Shown: piece by piece, positions 21,567-31,545 of the stretch
Layout: every line of letters starts with the position of its first letter
Position numbering within the stretch: the first letter of the stretch is position 1
Origin: Gemmatimonadota bacterium
GTDB lineage: Bacteria > JBHIER01 > G020348925
Direction: 5' to 3'
Length of the DNA: 64,000 nucleotides
Assembly (NCBI GenBank): GCA_020348925.1
Contig: CP070758.1
Coordinates: forward strand, 4,835,775-4,899,774
Program-made: the position numbers and the translations under genes
Notes under the pieces: generated by a model
Database searches by the model: none
Seen by the model: only the letters and a program-made list of their open reading frames with translations
Told to the model about the DNA's origin: nothing

Positions 21567-22289
21567 GGCGCTGATGATGGCCCCCACATAGGACTCGAAG
21601 AGATCAGCCCCCATTCCGGCCACGTCGCCGACATTGTCCCCCACATTGTCGGCGATGACGGCGGGGTTCCGCGGGTCGTCCTCGGGGATTCCCGCTTCCA
21701 CCTTGCCGACCAGGTCAGCCCCCACGTCTGCGGCCTTCGTGTAGATCCCACCCCCGACCCTGGCGAAGATGGCCACCGACGAGGCACCAAAACCAAATCC
21801 GGGGATGATCTTCAGAAAATCGGGAGCGTTATGAAACAGAAAATAGAGGATCGTCAGTCCCAAGATCCCGATGCTGACCACACACATGCCCATGACTGCC
21901 CCGCCGCGGAAGGAGACCCGGAGCCCGTCGTTCAAACTTCTCTGGGCCGCCGCCGCCGTTCTGGCGTTTGAGCGAACGGCAACGTTCATGCCGATGAATC
22001 CAGCCAGTCCTGAGCAGAGTGCACCGAAGACGAAAGCAAAGGCCACGGAAACTCCCAGACCAGGTAGAACGCCAAGTACAATCGTGACGAGGACGACAAA
22101 GAGAGCCAAAATCCGATATTCCCGGCTTAAGAAGGCCAAGGCGCCCTCTTTAATTGCCCCGGATATTTCTCTCATTCTTTCCGGTCCTTCATCCTGCTTC
22201 AATACATAACGAATGAGGTAGAGCGCGAAGACCAGTCCGAGCAATCCAGCACCTGCTGCGATGAGTGGTACGCCGATCTGTGAGACCAT
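21567..22289 (-). CDS. hppA: Membrane-bound Na+/H+-translocating pyrophosphatase (N-terminal part)
   Basis: Signature '[56 protein letters not shown]'. Confidence 0.97.
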
Positions 22290-22307
22290 ATCATCACTCC
22301 TTTCGGA

Positions 22308-22853
22308 TCAGTTAAACGTATTCATTGTCTGCTCCAGCCCGTTGCATAGAATAGACAGGACCGCTTCTGTGGCCTGAAGCACCGCGTCCCGAATGACCGT
22401 CTCCTCCTCGGGCAGGAAATCATCCAGGACAAAATCGACCAGATCACCATCAGGAGGAGGACTCCCGATGCCTACCCGGACTCTGGGAAAAACCTCTGTG
22501 TTCAAACAGTCGATAATTGAGGCCAAGCCATTATGGCCGCCGTCACTACCCGAGCGCCGAATACGAATCTTGCCGAGTGGAAGATAGCAATCGTCACACA
22601 CCACGATCAGCCGGTCAAGTGGGACGTCGTGCTCCTGTACAAGTTGGGCGACAGAAAAACCGCTTTCATTCATATATGTGACCGGCTTGACAATAAAAAA
22701 ACCGGCCTCCTTGTATGTGCCGGTACCTATGATGTAATGTTCTCCACCGGCCATAAGTCCGATATGAAATCGGCTGGAGATTTCTTCGACGACTCGAAAT
22801 CCGACGTTATGTCTCGTCCGCGTGTAACGATCTCCCGGATTTCCTAAGCCCAC
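22308..22853 (-). CDS. pth: Peptidyl-tRNA hydrolase (true start may be ATA at 22877)
   Basis: GLGNPG, TRHNVG, KPVTYMNESG, GGHNGLASI, RVRVGIG; follows rplY. Confidence 0.95.
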   Translation of the reverse strand: MGLGNPGDRYTRTRHNVGFRVVEEISSRFHIGLMAGGEHYIIGTGTYKEAGFFIVKPVTYMNESGFSVAQLVQEHDVPLDRLIVVCDDCYLPLGKIRIRRSGSDGGHNGLASIIDCLNTEVFPRVRVGIGSPPPDGDLVDFVLDDFLPEEETVIRDAVLQATEAVLSILCNGLEQTMNTFN

Positions 22854-22940
22854 AATGGCATAAAAACGATTCTCTATTTTCCCCTCAACCTCGACTCGAA
22901 GTCATCGGATTCGAAAAACCTGAAAAGAGTGCATTGAAGA

Positions 22941-23627
22941 TCAGGAGGATCCTTCTTCCTCCTTCTCTTTCTCTTTCTCCTCTTTCGCCTCACCCTTCTC
23001 GATCACTTCAGGTTCTTCAACCTCTTCTTCTTTTTCCTCCTCTACCGGCACAGCCTCTTTTATAACCGTTGGCGGAACAACCGTGACCACGGCTCGCTGT
23101 GCCTCTGTTAAAACGCGCGCTTTCTCCACGGTGATATTCTCAACGTGGATTGAGTCACCCACATCCAGATTCTCAATGTTGAGCTCAATATGCTCCGGAA
23201 TGTTCGTCGGTAAACACTCAACCTCTATCTTATGCAAAATATGCTGAACGATCCCTCCCTTCTCCCTGACACCGATCGGTGTTCCGATAAGTGTAACCGG
23301 AATCTCCAATTGGATATTCTCAGTCAGTGAGATATGATGTAAGTCCACATGGAGCAGATCTCCTCTCACTGGGTCTCGCTGCATCTCTTTAAAGATCACT
23401 TTCCGATCTTTGCTTTTCTCACTACCCAGCTGAAGCGTAATAAGCGCCGTATCTCCGTGTATTGAATGGAGAAGGGTGGTTAAGTGTTGGGAATCAATGG
23501 CAAGTGGTACGGTCTCCTCACCCCTTCCGTATAGGACGGCATGGGTCTTACCGTTCCTGCGCATACTCTTGGCAAATCCCTTTCCGGTCTCACTTCGCTT
23601 TTCAGCCTTCAATACAACATCAAGCAT
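22941..23627 (-). CDS. rplY: 50S ribosomal protein L25/Ctc
   Basis: 'GKGFAKSMRRNG..AVLYG', 'QRDPVRGDLLHVD', 'LDVGDSIHV', acidic tail; prs-rplY-pth synteny. Confidence 0.95.
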   Translation of the reverse strand: MLDVVLKAEKRSETGKGFAKSMRRNGKTHAVLYGRGEETVPLAIDSQHLTTLLHSIHGDTALITLQLGSEKSKDRKVIFKEMQRDPVRGDLLHVDLHHISLTENIQLEIPVTLIGTPIGVREKGGIVQHILHKIEVECLPTNIPEHIELNIENLDVGDSIHVENITVEKARVLTEAQRAVVTVVPPTVIKEAVPVEEEKEEEVEEPEVIEKGEAKEEKEKEKEEEGSS

Positions 23628-23650
23628 TACTTTCTCTCCTTTGTACCGCC

Positions 23651-24583
23651 TTAATCAAAGAGTGAACTGATGGAACGTTCCTCGTGAATTCTCAAAATAG
23701 CCTCTCCCAGAAGTTCCGCCACAGAAAACACCATGACCTTTGGACTCCTCTTTTCTTCAGGGACAGGGATTGTATTGGTAACAAATAAACGCTTAATGGA
23801 CGAATTCTCAATTTTTTGAACGGCATCACCCGACAGGACGGGATGTGTGCACGCGACATAAATCTCTTGTGCGCCTTACTTCTCCAAGGCCAGTGCCGCT
23901 TCAATTATTGTGCCACCTGTATCTATCATGTCATCTCTGATCAAGATGTTTTTCTTATCAACTTCACCGATAATATTCATGACTTCAGCCACATCCGGCT
24001 TGGGCCGACGTTTATCCACAAGAGCCAGACCGGCCCCGAGACGTTTCGCGTAGGCTCTGGCCATGTCGATGCTCCCGGCATCAGGTGCCACCACGACGAG
24101 ATCGGATATCTCCATATCTTTGAGATATTTACTGAATACGAGGGACGAATAGAGATGATCAAAGGGGATATTGAAGAATCCCTGTATTTGAGCGGCATGG
24201 AGATCCATGGTCACAACTCGATCCGCACCAGACGTGGAGATCAAATCTGCCACCAATTTCGCTGTGATCGGAACACGTGGCTGGTCCTTCCTGTCCTGGC
24301 GAGCATATCCGAAGTACGGGATGACGGCTGTCACTTGCTTGGCAGAGGCTCGCTTCACAGCATCGATCATAATGAGCAGCTCCATCAGATTGTCCGTTGG
24401 AGAATGGGTCGATTGGAGGATAAAGACATCGGCCCCGCGGACGTTCTCACAAATCTTAATGGATATCTCACCGTCGCGAAAGCGTTTGACCTCAGCCGAT
24501 CCCAGAGGTATTTTCAAATACGCGCTGATCTCTTGGGCCAACGTGACGTTCGCGTTCCCGCAAAAAAACTTTATACCATCCAC
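23651..24583 (-). pseudogene. prs: Ribose-phosphate pyrophosphokinase with an in-frame TAA at 23876-23878 (likely consensus error or recent nonsense mutation)
   Basis: YFGYARQDRK, DLHAAQIQGFF, DDMIDTGGT; the frame continues after TAA as GAQEIYVACTHPVLSG...SISSLFD* ending at 23651. Confidence 0.93.
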
Positions 24584-24657
24584 AGCTACCCCTTCATGAG
24601 CAATGTGTGAAAATTGTTAGGACTGGGTCCTTTTTTGGAATCCGTTCTCTTGTATCT

Positions 24658-24732
24658 TGGCTGGGGCGGGAGGATTCGAACCTCCGAATGCGGGATCCAA
24701 AGTCCCGTGTCTTACCACTTGACGACGCCCCA
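24658..24732 (-). tRNA. tRNA-Gln (TTG)
   Basis: TGGGGCGTCGTCAAGTGGTAAGACACGGGACTTTGGATCCCGCATTCGGAGGTTCGAATCCTCCCGCCCCAGCCA: cloverleaf, TTG anticodon, GTTCGAA T-loop, encoded CCA. Confidence 0.97.
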
Positions 24733-24833
24733 GAGTGGATCATATCGTTAAAACTGGTCGTTCTCTTCGCTCACATACACATACAATCGACGATCGGATG
24801 CTCATTATCGGCTCGGATAATGAATAATACGTG

Positions 24834-25172
24834 TTACTCGGAGAAATCGGTTTCGACTCCACTCTCATATTCCACCTCCGAGGTCAATGGCATCGGAGAT
24901 TCCAGCGGACCCGTCTGCTTCTCCAGTTCAGCATAATACGCATCCAAAACTTTGGTCTCGAGGTACTCCCGCATTCTGGGATTAATAGGATGGGCCACAT
25001 CCTGATGTCGACCATTGGGCCGTTTCCGACTGGGCATGGCTACAAAATGTCCATCCTTTCCCCGAATAATCTTGAGGCCGCGTATGACAAATTCATTGTC
25101 AAATGTAACATTGGCAAAAGCTTTTAAACGCTCCTCATCGCGCAGGGAAATACGAACCTCTGTGATCTCCAC
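24834..25172 (-). CDS. spoVG: SpoVG family protein
   Basis: 'ITEVRI...LKAFANVTFD..FVIRGLKII.G..G.FVAMPSRK...DVAHPIN'. Confidence 0.95.
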   Translation of the reverse strand: MEITEVRISLRDEERLKAFANVTFDNEFVIRGLKIIRGKDGHFVAMPSRKRPNGRHQDVAHPINPRMREYLETKVLDAYYAELEKQTGPLESPMPLTSEVEYESGVETDFSE

Positions 25173-25175
25173 GGC

Positions 25176-26042
25176 TCACTCCTCCTCTTGTGGATTGACC
25201 GGTTTTGTCACAAAAACATCCCATTCCGGGCTGCAAATCCGTTGAGCCGCTTTACGGGCCTCCTCCCAGGTCACAAAGAGACCGTAAGTTGTAGAACCGC
25301 TCCCGGTCATCGCTACCGCGGAAGCCCCCTCCGTGTGTAATACCTCTTTTGCTCTCTCAATAATGGGAAACCTCCGGGCCACCCCGCCCTCCAGATCGTT
25401 CGCAATCAAGAATTTAAGGCCATGAAGATGAACCCTCCCTTTGTAAGAAAGGCTTTTTAAATTAACATATTTACTGTTCTTTGTCAAGCTTATTTTTGCA
25501 CTTTTATAGGCAGAGGCACTTGAGACCATCACCCTGGGATAGATGAGGACAAATCCTACGTCGCCCCAACCCGGGTTAAAATATTCGAGATCTTGCCCCC
25601 TCCCCCTGGCCAAGGCGGTCCCTCCCCTGAGAAAAAAAGGGACATCGGATCCAAGCTGTGCCGCAAGAGAAAAGAGTTCACTTGGTGAAACAGATAGATC
25701 CCAAAAGTTTACAAGACCCCTGAGCACTCCGGCACTATTACTGCTCCCCCCACCCATCCCCCCTCCCACTGGTATTATTTTATGAATCGTTATCTCAACC
25801 CCCTTTCGAATACCGTATGTCTCTCTCAAGAGATGTGCACTTCGGAACGCGAGGTTGGCCTCATCCTTCGGGACCAAAGGATGATCGCAACGGATCCGAA
25901 TAGACCGAGGGTGGGACTTCAGTTCAATTTTGTCGCAGAGATCGACGGTCTGGAGAACAGTTTCAATCTCATGATACCCGTCGGACCTTCGACCCAGGAC
26001 CCTCAATCCGAGATTGATTTTAGCATACGATATGAGTTCCAT
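25176..26042 (-). CDS. ispE: 4-diphosphocytidyl-2-C-methyl-D-erythritol kinase
   Basis: AKINLGL, DGYHEIET, IPVGGGMGGGSSN, LGSDVPFF, MTGSGS; ATG at 26042 preferred. Confidence 0.96.
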   Translation of the reverse strand: MELISYAKINLGLRVLGRRSDGYHEIETVLQTVDLCDKIELKSHPRSIRIRCDHPLVPKDEANLAFRSAHLLRETYGIRKGVEITIHKIIPVGGGMGGGSSNSAGVLRGLVNFWDLSVSPSELFSLAAQLGSDVPFFLRGGTALARGRGQDLEYFNPGWGDVGFVLIYPRVMVSSASAYKSAKISLTKNSKYVNLKSLSYKGRVHLHGLKFLIANDLEGGVARRFPIIERAKEVLHTEGASAVAMTGSGSTTYGLFVTWEEARKAAQRICSPEWDVFVTKPVNPQEEE

Positions 26043-26180
26043 GCGTTCCGGACTCCATTGTTTTCTCTTCAATATTAAAAATCGGTCTCCCTGCTGAATA
26101 TACACTTTCCATCATTCCAGATCAATCCACATCTTTCTCACTCATTCCGACCACAGAAAGATACGGTTTCGTCTCCTTCG

Positions 26181-28088
26181 CTAAGGCGTCTCTGACCTGT
26201 GTTGGGATTTTAAAAGGGCTTCGCATCTCTGAAGCCCTGTGCGCGCCTCCTCATTATTCGAATCAATCCACAGAGCCTCTCGAAAAGCTTCGACAGCCTC
26301 GCCACAACGCCCCTGTTGGGAAGAGTATAACCCGCGGCTCGTCCACATATTGGTGTAAAAGGAGATCACGGTATTATGAAAATAGTCATCATAGATACGA
26401 TCGTGCAGCCCACGATAGCGAAATTCGAGTTTCGGCAGAGGAAGAAATCGACCATCCCGATAGAATCGATGGGCGAGACCCTCCGGTACTTTGACGTACT
26501 CCGAGCCGATTGATCCCTCTGCTTCCGGTGTCACGTAGACTGGTCGTGAATCGATGCTCTTCAGAATGAAACTGTCGATCATGCCTACATATTTGTTCTG
26601 AATCGCGACGGGATCGTAGGGTTCATCCTTCTCGAATTTCTCCAGTTCCACGAGAAAATCCGAAACTTCACCCTGCGACGCCTCAAGAAGCCAGGGAGAC
26701 TGACGGCGCAACTGAGGGTAATACCAGGATCGCCGCAGCAACTCCTGCTCTATTAACACGACATCCGGCCGCATTCCTTCAACATATTGAAAATAGTAGA
26801 GCGCTGAACAGAAAAAATCCCACTGGCGGCTGATGATGATGCCTCCTCGATCAACACCCTTCAGAAGATTGTGGGTGTAATCGTGCACAAAGTACTCCTT
26901 GCTCCGATCCACCTCGGTGTAATGGCTCCAAAGAGGGACAAGGGGTGTAAACAAAATCAATCCGGTGAAAGCATACTGAAAAATTTTTAAGCGCCCTTTG
27001 AGCGCTTCATACACCTGTGCCAAACCCAGCCCGATCCAAATGGCCGTCATAACGTAACAGGGCAGAAAATAGGATTCGATATCATGAATATCATAGTTTA
27101 TGGCGTAGAGAAGATCGACGACGAACACACTCACAGTGAACCACAGAATCCGCCTTTCTCTTCGGTACAGCCTCCACAGACCCACCATCGCCACAGGGAT
27201 AAAGAAAGGGCCGAATTGCCCGGGAAAAGTCGCGAAAAAGAGAACCAGCTGTTTGGTCGCAATATCCAGGGAGGAAAACATCCAGACCTGATACTGTTTT
27301 CCCGACAGGTGGCGCAGAAGGTTGCCGATCGTCTCAGGATTCCCCCAGTCCAAAACGGGCTGTACAGCCGATCGAATCGGTAGATACAGATAGACGGACA
27401 GGCCCACAAGAAATGGAGGGAAAAGGACGGGGAACGCGCGGCTGGTCAGCCGTTTCAATCCTTCTCCGGTCACAAGAAGGTACACACAGGCCGGTGCCAG
27501 GACAATAAGGGTCATATGGTTGGCCATCCCCAGACCGAAGAGAAAGGCGAAGAGGACGTAAAACCCGGGCGATTGTTTTTCGCCGGCGTGGCCTTCCCCC
27601 TTCGCCTTCAACACGCACAGGGTGACGACAGCGATAAAAAAGGCGTGAAGTGAGTATACTTCCGTCACGAGAGCCTGCGTCCAGAAGGTTTGCGAATAGC
27701 CCAGGAGAAGTGCCGAAGCCGCAGCGATGCACAGGATGAGGGGTTTCGGGTTTTTCCCTGGAGCGCTTGTATGTGTTCCCCCTTCCCGGTACCCCATCAG
27801 ATGGCACATTAATAAGTACATGAAAAAAACCGTCAGTGCGGCGAAGAGTGCGGACAAAAGATTCAGTTGGAAGGCCTTATTGGTACTCAGGGGAAGGATT
27901 AAAAAAAGCCTCCCTATAAGTGTGTAGAGTGGATATCCCGTGGGGTGAGCTATACCGAGGGTGGCGCAGACGGTGGTCAATTCCCCGCTGTCTATGAACG
28001 TCACCGTCGGGGCTAATGTAAGGACATAGATTGTCAGGGCTAATATTGAGACGAGGATGCCCACTCCGAAACGGAGCTTCCTGCCCAT
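26181..28088 (-). CDS. DUF2723 / TMEM260-like GT-C membrane glycosyltransferase with C-terminal TPR
   Basis: 'TLAPTVTFIDSGEL...LGIAHPTGYPLY', 'EVYSLH', 'YLYLPIRS', 'WGNP'; many TM segments. Confidence 0.85.
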   Translation of the reverse strand: MGRKLRFGVGILVSILALTIYVLTLAPTVTFIDSGELTTVCATLGIAHPTGYPLYTLIGRLFLILPLSTNKAFQLNLLSALFAALTVFFMYLLMCHLMGYREGGTHTSAPGKNPKPLILCIAAASALLLGYSQTFWTQALVTEVYSLHAFFIAVVTLCVLKAKGEGHAGEKQSPGFYVLFAFLFGLGMANHMTLIVLAPACVYLLVTGEGLKRLTSRAFPVLFPPFLVGLSVYLYLPIRSAVQPVLDWGNPETIGNLLRHLSGKQYQVWMFSSLDIATKQLVLFFATFPGQFGPFFIPVAMVGLWRLYRRERRILWFTVSVFVVDLLYAINYDIHDIESYFLPCYVMTAIWIGLGLAQVYEALKGRLKIFQYAFTGLILFTPLVPLWSHYTEVDRSKEYFVHDYTHNLLKGVDRGGIIISRQWDFFCSALYYFQYVEGMRPDVVLIEQELLRRSWYYPQLRRQSPWLLEASQGEVSDFLVELEKFEKDEPYDPVAIQNKYVGMIDSFILKSIDSRPVYVTPEAEGSIGSEYVKVPEGLAHRFYRDGRFLPLPKLEFRYRGLHDRIYDDYFHNTVISFYTNMWTSRGLYSSQQGRCGEAVEAFREALWIDSNNEEARTGLQRCEALLKSQHRSETP

Positions 28089-28127
28089 ATGTCCCTGACT
28101 TCCAATCAAAGCATCTTCAAGAAACGT

Positions 28128-28733
28128 TTAAAATTCAACCTTCGGAGCCTCTCCAGCCTCCTCCGGAGCTTCGAAGTAGGCGCCGAGTTTGAAGCCGAAC
28201 ATGCTGGCAAAGATATTGGTCGGAAACCGACGGATGTAGCCGTTGTAAGCCAACACGGCGTCGTTGAATCGTTTTCTTTCCACAGCAATACGGTTCTCGG
28301 TTCCGGCCAGCTCATCCTGGAGCCGGATGAAATTCTGATTGGCCTTCAATTCGGGATATCGTTCCAGCACCACCATGAGTCGGGAGAGCACCCCGGACAG
28401 TCCATCCTGGGCTTGCTGGAATTGAGAAAAGGCCTGAGGATTATTAATGATCTCCGGGCTGATATTCAGCTGTCCCACTTTGGCCCGGGCTTCAGTCACA
28501 GCGGTAAACGTTTCCCGCTCGTGTTCGGCGTATCCCTTCACTGTTTCCACCAGGTTCGGAATGAGGTCGAAGCGCCGTTTGTACTGATTTTCCACCTGGG
28601 CCCAGGCATTTTTGACGGTTTCATCCTTCGTAATCATCGTGTTGTATTTTCCGGCAACCAGCCCTATTGCCAGAAGAATTAAAACTACGATGAGTGCCAG
28701 CACAATGATGAGAGTCCGTGCACCTTTGCTCAT
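28128..28733 (-). CDS. lemA: LemA family protein
   Basis: 'WAQVENQYKRRFDLIPNLVETVKGYA.HE', 'ERYPELKA', 'ELAGTENRIAVER'. Confidence 0.96.
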   Translation of the reverse strand: MSKGARTLIIVLALIVVLILLAIGLVAGKYNTMITKDETVKNAWAQVENQYKRRFDLIPNLVETVKGYAEHERETFTAVTEARAKVGQLNISPEIINNPQAFSQFQQAQDGLSGVLSRLMVVLERYPELKANQNFIRLQDELAGTENRIAVERKRFNDAVLAYNGYIRRFPTNIFASMFGFKLGAYFEAPEEAGEAPKVEF

Positions 28734-28794
28734 AATACATTCCTCCCGTTATCAAAGTATTTTGCGATAGAGGTTCAATTAGAGATGGCGATAA

Positions 28795-29526
28795 TTAAAC
28801 CGTAAGGGTGTCCACATCCTTCGAGAGCTTATCAATCTCCTCCACATACAGATCAAAAAGATCGTTCATTTCGGAGGCCGGGATCTTCTCTTCACCCCTG
28901 CCGATCTTCAGGAGCCGGAGAAACAGGTCCTTGTTGAGGTGGAACCTGTCACACACGTGCTGCAACAGATCGGCCCGTTTGACCACATGCTCCTCGTCCG
29001 TGATGTACAGAAGTGCCCGAAAAACAGGGGCAAAGGCAGCTAACGAGGAGGAGACGAGGGCTGTCAGTGTTTCGACCTTTCCCTGGCTCTCCAGAAACTC
29101 CTGTCGAAGATGAAGAAGTTTCCCTTTCAACTCCCGCTCAGCTTGCACGCGAAGATCCGACTTGTCAAAGCTCAGATCGGCAAGAAGATCCTCCCCGTGA
29201 ATGACTTCGTACGCAGATTTCATCTCCTGGAACTCTACAGGAAAGGTATCGAGCGAAGTTCTGATGTATCCCTCGGTCAGAAACAGTGGTGTGGACACGT
29301 TGCGTTTCCGCCATTTCGGAAGACATTTGCGATAGGCAATCAGCTCTGAGGGACTGTTATCTTTGACCACGATGAGAAAATTCAGATCGGATTTCTTGGG
29401 AATATACTCCCCCCGCGCCCCACTTCCGAAAAGTATCACAGAAACCAGGTTATTACCGAAAGCCCTTTTCAGATCATCACAAAATTCTGAAAAGATCTCC
29501 TCTGGAATTTTTGGAATTTTCGCCAT
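28795..29526 (-). CDS. Pol-beta-like nucleotidyltransferase domain protein with helical C-terminus
   Basis: 'VILFGSGARGEY...SDLNFLIV' (GS + D-x-N variant motif). Confidence 0.8.
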   Translation of the reverse strand: MAKIPKIPEEIFSEFCDDLKRAFGNNLVSVILFGSGARGEYIPKKSDLNFLIVVKDNSPSELIAYRKCLPKWRKRNVSTPLFLTEGYIRTSLDTFPVEFQEMKSAYEVIHGEDLLADLSFDKSDLRVQAERELKGKLLHLRQEFLESQGKVETLTALVSSSLAAFAPVFRALLYITDEEHVVKRADLLQHVCDRFHLNKDLFLRLLKIGRGEEKIPASEMNDLFDLYVEEIDKLSKDVDTLTV

Positions 29527-29627
29527 CTGTCACCTCCGGATTACTACTTTTCAAATACATTACTCTTTTCTAAAACTTTAATCAATCTCTGTGTCTCTGT
29601 GCTTCTGTGGCTTATGAATCATGCGGG

Positions 29628-30389
29628 CTAAAATCCCCTCCCTGCACCTCCACCACCACTCAATCCCCCTCCAAACCCGCCAAACCCGCCGCCGCCGAAC
29701 CCACCCCCAAAGCCACCGTAGCCGCGACCTCCCCCCATCATACTGCCCAAAAACAGCCAGGGCAAAAATCCCATCCTGCGACCGAAAAGAAAAAAGATAA
29801 AGAGAAAGAAGAGGAGGCTGCCCAGAATGCTGCCTCCCCTGCGTCGCCCGGGAGGCTTCCTCCTCACGGGTCTCACCGCAGGTTCCCCAGTTAATTCAAC
29901 CCCCGCATCTTCAGCTATGGTGGCTGCTACCACAGCCGTGGCATTGTACAGTCCCTGGCCGAAATTGTCACTCCGAAGTAGCGGCACAACATATTCGTCC
30001 AGAATACCACCGACCTTACCATCAGGGAGGATTCCCTCAAATCCGTAGCCAACTTCAATGCGGATTTTTCGCTCTTTCAAAGTGAGAAAAATGAGAACTC
30101 CGTTATCCTTACCCTTCTGACCAAGACCCCAAGCCTCGTAGAGTCGATTGGCGTAGTCGGTGTATTCCTCCCCACCGATGTCCGGCATTGTCGCGACCGC
30201 GACCTCCGCTCCGGTTTTCTCCTTTAACTCAGCTATGAGGTCGGTCATACGTTGTTTATCCGAGGACGGAAGAATATTGGCAAAGTCGTTGACGTATCCA
30301 ACCGGCCTCGGGAATTCCTGGGCCGTGGCCGGTGCAGCAAAAAGAAATATTAAAAAGAACAGAAATACGTTTTTATACACGTGGTTCAC
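29628..30389 (-). CDS. TPM-domain (YgcG-like) membrane protein with Gly-rich tail
   Basis: 'GYVNDFANIL', 'WGLGQKGKDNGVL', 'RIEVGYGFEG.LPD', GGGFGGFGGG tail. Confidence 0.93.
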   Translation of the reverse strand: MNHVYKNVFLFFLIFLFAAPATAQEFPRPVGYVNDFANILPSSDKQRMTDLIAELKEKTGAEVAVATMPDIGGEEYTDYANRLYEAWGLGQKGKDNGVLIFLTLKERKIRIEVGYGFEGILPDGKVGGILDEYVVPLLRSDNFGQGLYNATAVVAATIAEDAGVELTGEPAVRPVRRKPPGRRRGGSILGSLLFFLFIFFLFGRRMGFLPWLFLGSMMGGGRGYGGFGGGFGGGGFGGFGGGLSGGGGAGRGF

Positions 30390-30523
30390 TACTTTGCGAT
30401 TTTCTCCGAATCCAACAAAGACACGAGATCGTACTACATTCCGTAGAATTTGAGTTGTATCAATATAGCAGAAAGTCTGTGCGTTGTCAACAGACTCCTT
30501 CTTGAGGGCATTTCTTCAGAGCC

Positions 30524-31276
30524 CTAAGACCCCTCTTTGTGTGACGACCGTGCCCATTTCTCAAGTGTCAAACGCCCGCCACGCAATCTCCCATAACTGA
30601 AATGATTGATCCAATCCCCTGTATTCAAATAAAGTTTCCCGTCTTTTTCTTCCAATGCAGGGAAATGGATGTGGGCCAGAACGACGACATCGTATCCTTC
30701 TTCAAGCTTCTTCATCGCCGCCTCCCGATATGCTTGGTTATTCCAACCCGGCCGCTTGGACTTCGACTTGTTTCGGCTCCATCTTGAAACCCATCTGGCC
30801 AGGGGTAGACCGAGATCTGGATGAAGAAGCTTGTAAAGCCATATGCAGACTGAATTCCTCATAATCCATCGCTGAAGGCGATAGCTCCGCTCCCTCCCAA
30901 TCATCCCGTCCCCGTGGGAAATGAAGAAAGAGAGACCCTGATGTTGCGTCTCAAAGCTCCCCTGTCTTACGTCGAGGCCGATCTCTTGGATCAGATATGG
31001 TCCTATCCAGACATCGTGATTTCCGGTGATAAAGACAATCCGGGTCCCGGCCTCTTTTACATCGGACAATTTTTTTAATATCCTAAAATAGCAATTGGGA
31101 ACGGTTTTTCTGTATTCGAACCACAAATCGAAGAGATCTCCAACAACGTAAAGTACCTCGGCCTTTTCCCGTACGTGATCGAGAAAAGAGTCGAGGCGTT
31201 CTTCTTTCTCGCGCTCGATGTCCGCAGAATCACCGCCCAGATGGGCGTCGGAAATAAAATAGATGTCGGATTTCAA
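30524..31276 (-). CDS. lpxH: UDP-2,3-diacylglucosamine diphosphatase
   Basis: Metallophosphoesterase motifs SDAHLG, GDLFDLW, GNHD, SHGD, AHIH, NTGDW. Confidence 0.85.
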   Translation of the reverse strand: MKSDIYFISDAHLGGDSADIEREKEERLDSFLDHVREKAEVLYVVGDLFDLWFEYRKTVPNCYFRILKKLSDVKEAGTRIVFITGNHDVWIGPYLIQEIGLDVRQGSFETQHQGLSFFISHGDGMIGRERSYRLQRWIMRNSVCIWLYKLLHPDLGLPLARWVSRWSRNKSKSKRPGWNNQAYREAAMKKLEEGYDVVVLAHIHFPALEEKDGKLYLNTGDWINHFSYGRLRGGRLTLEKWARSSHKEGS

Positions 31277-31545
31277 TGCATCAACCTTTTCATGTTCCTG
31301 ACTTCTTGCTTCTTTTCGCGAACATAGTATATACCCTAAAATCTATTTTTTCAAAGGAAAAATGATTTCCCTGCCTATTTTTCACTTGAATATAATTCTA
31401 AAAATGTATATGTTTTACCTTGATTTTTTCATGGTACAACGATGTTAAAGAACCCCTTGGTTTTAATGACTTCAGTCATTAATTATTTGAAAAATCTTGG
31501 TATAATCCAATAAGGGTCACAAAGACAATATTGAGGAGATACGAT

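Noticed and set aside
23876-23878. Stop-codon reassignment of TAA
   Set aside because: TAA terminates many intact genes here, including prs itself; this is a single occurrence
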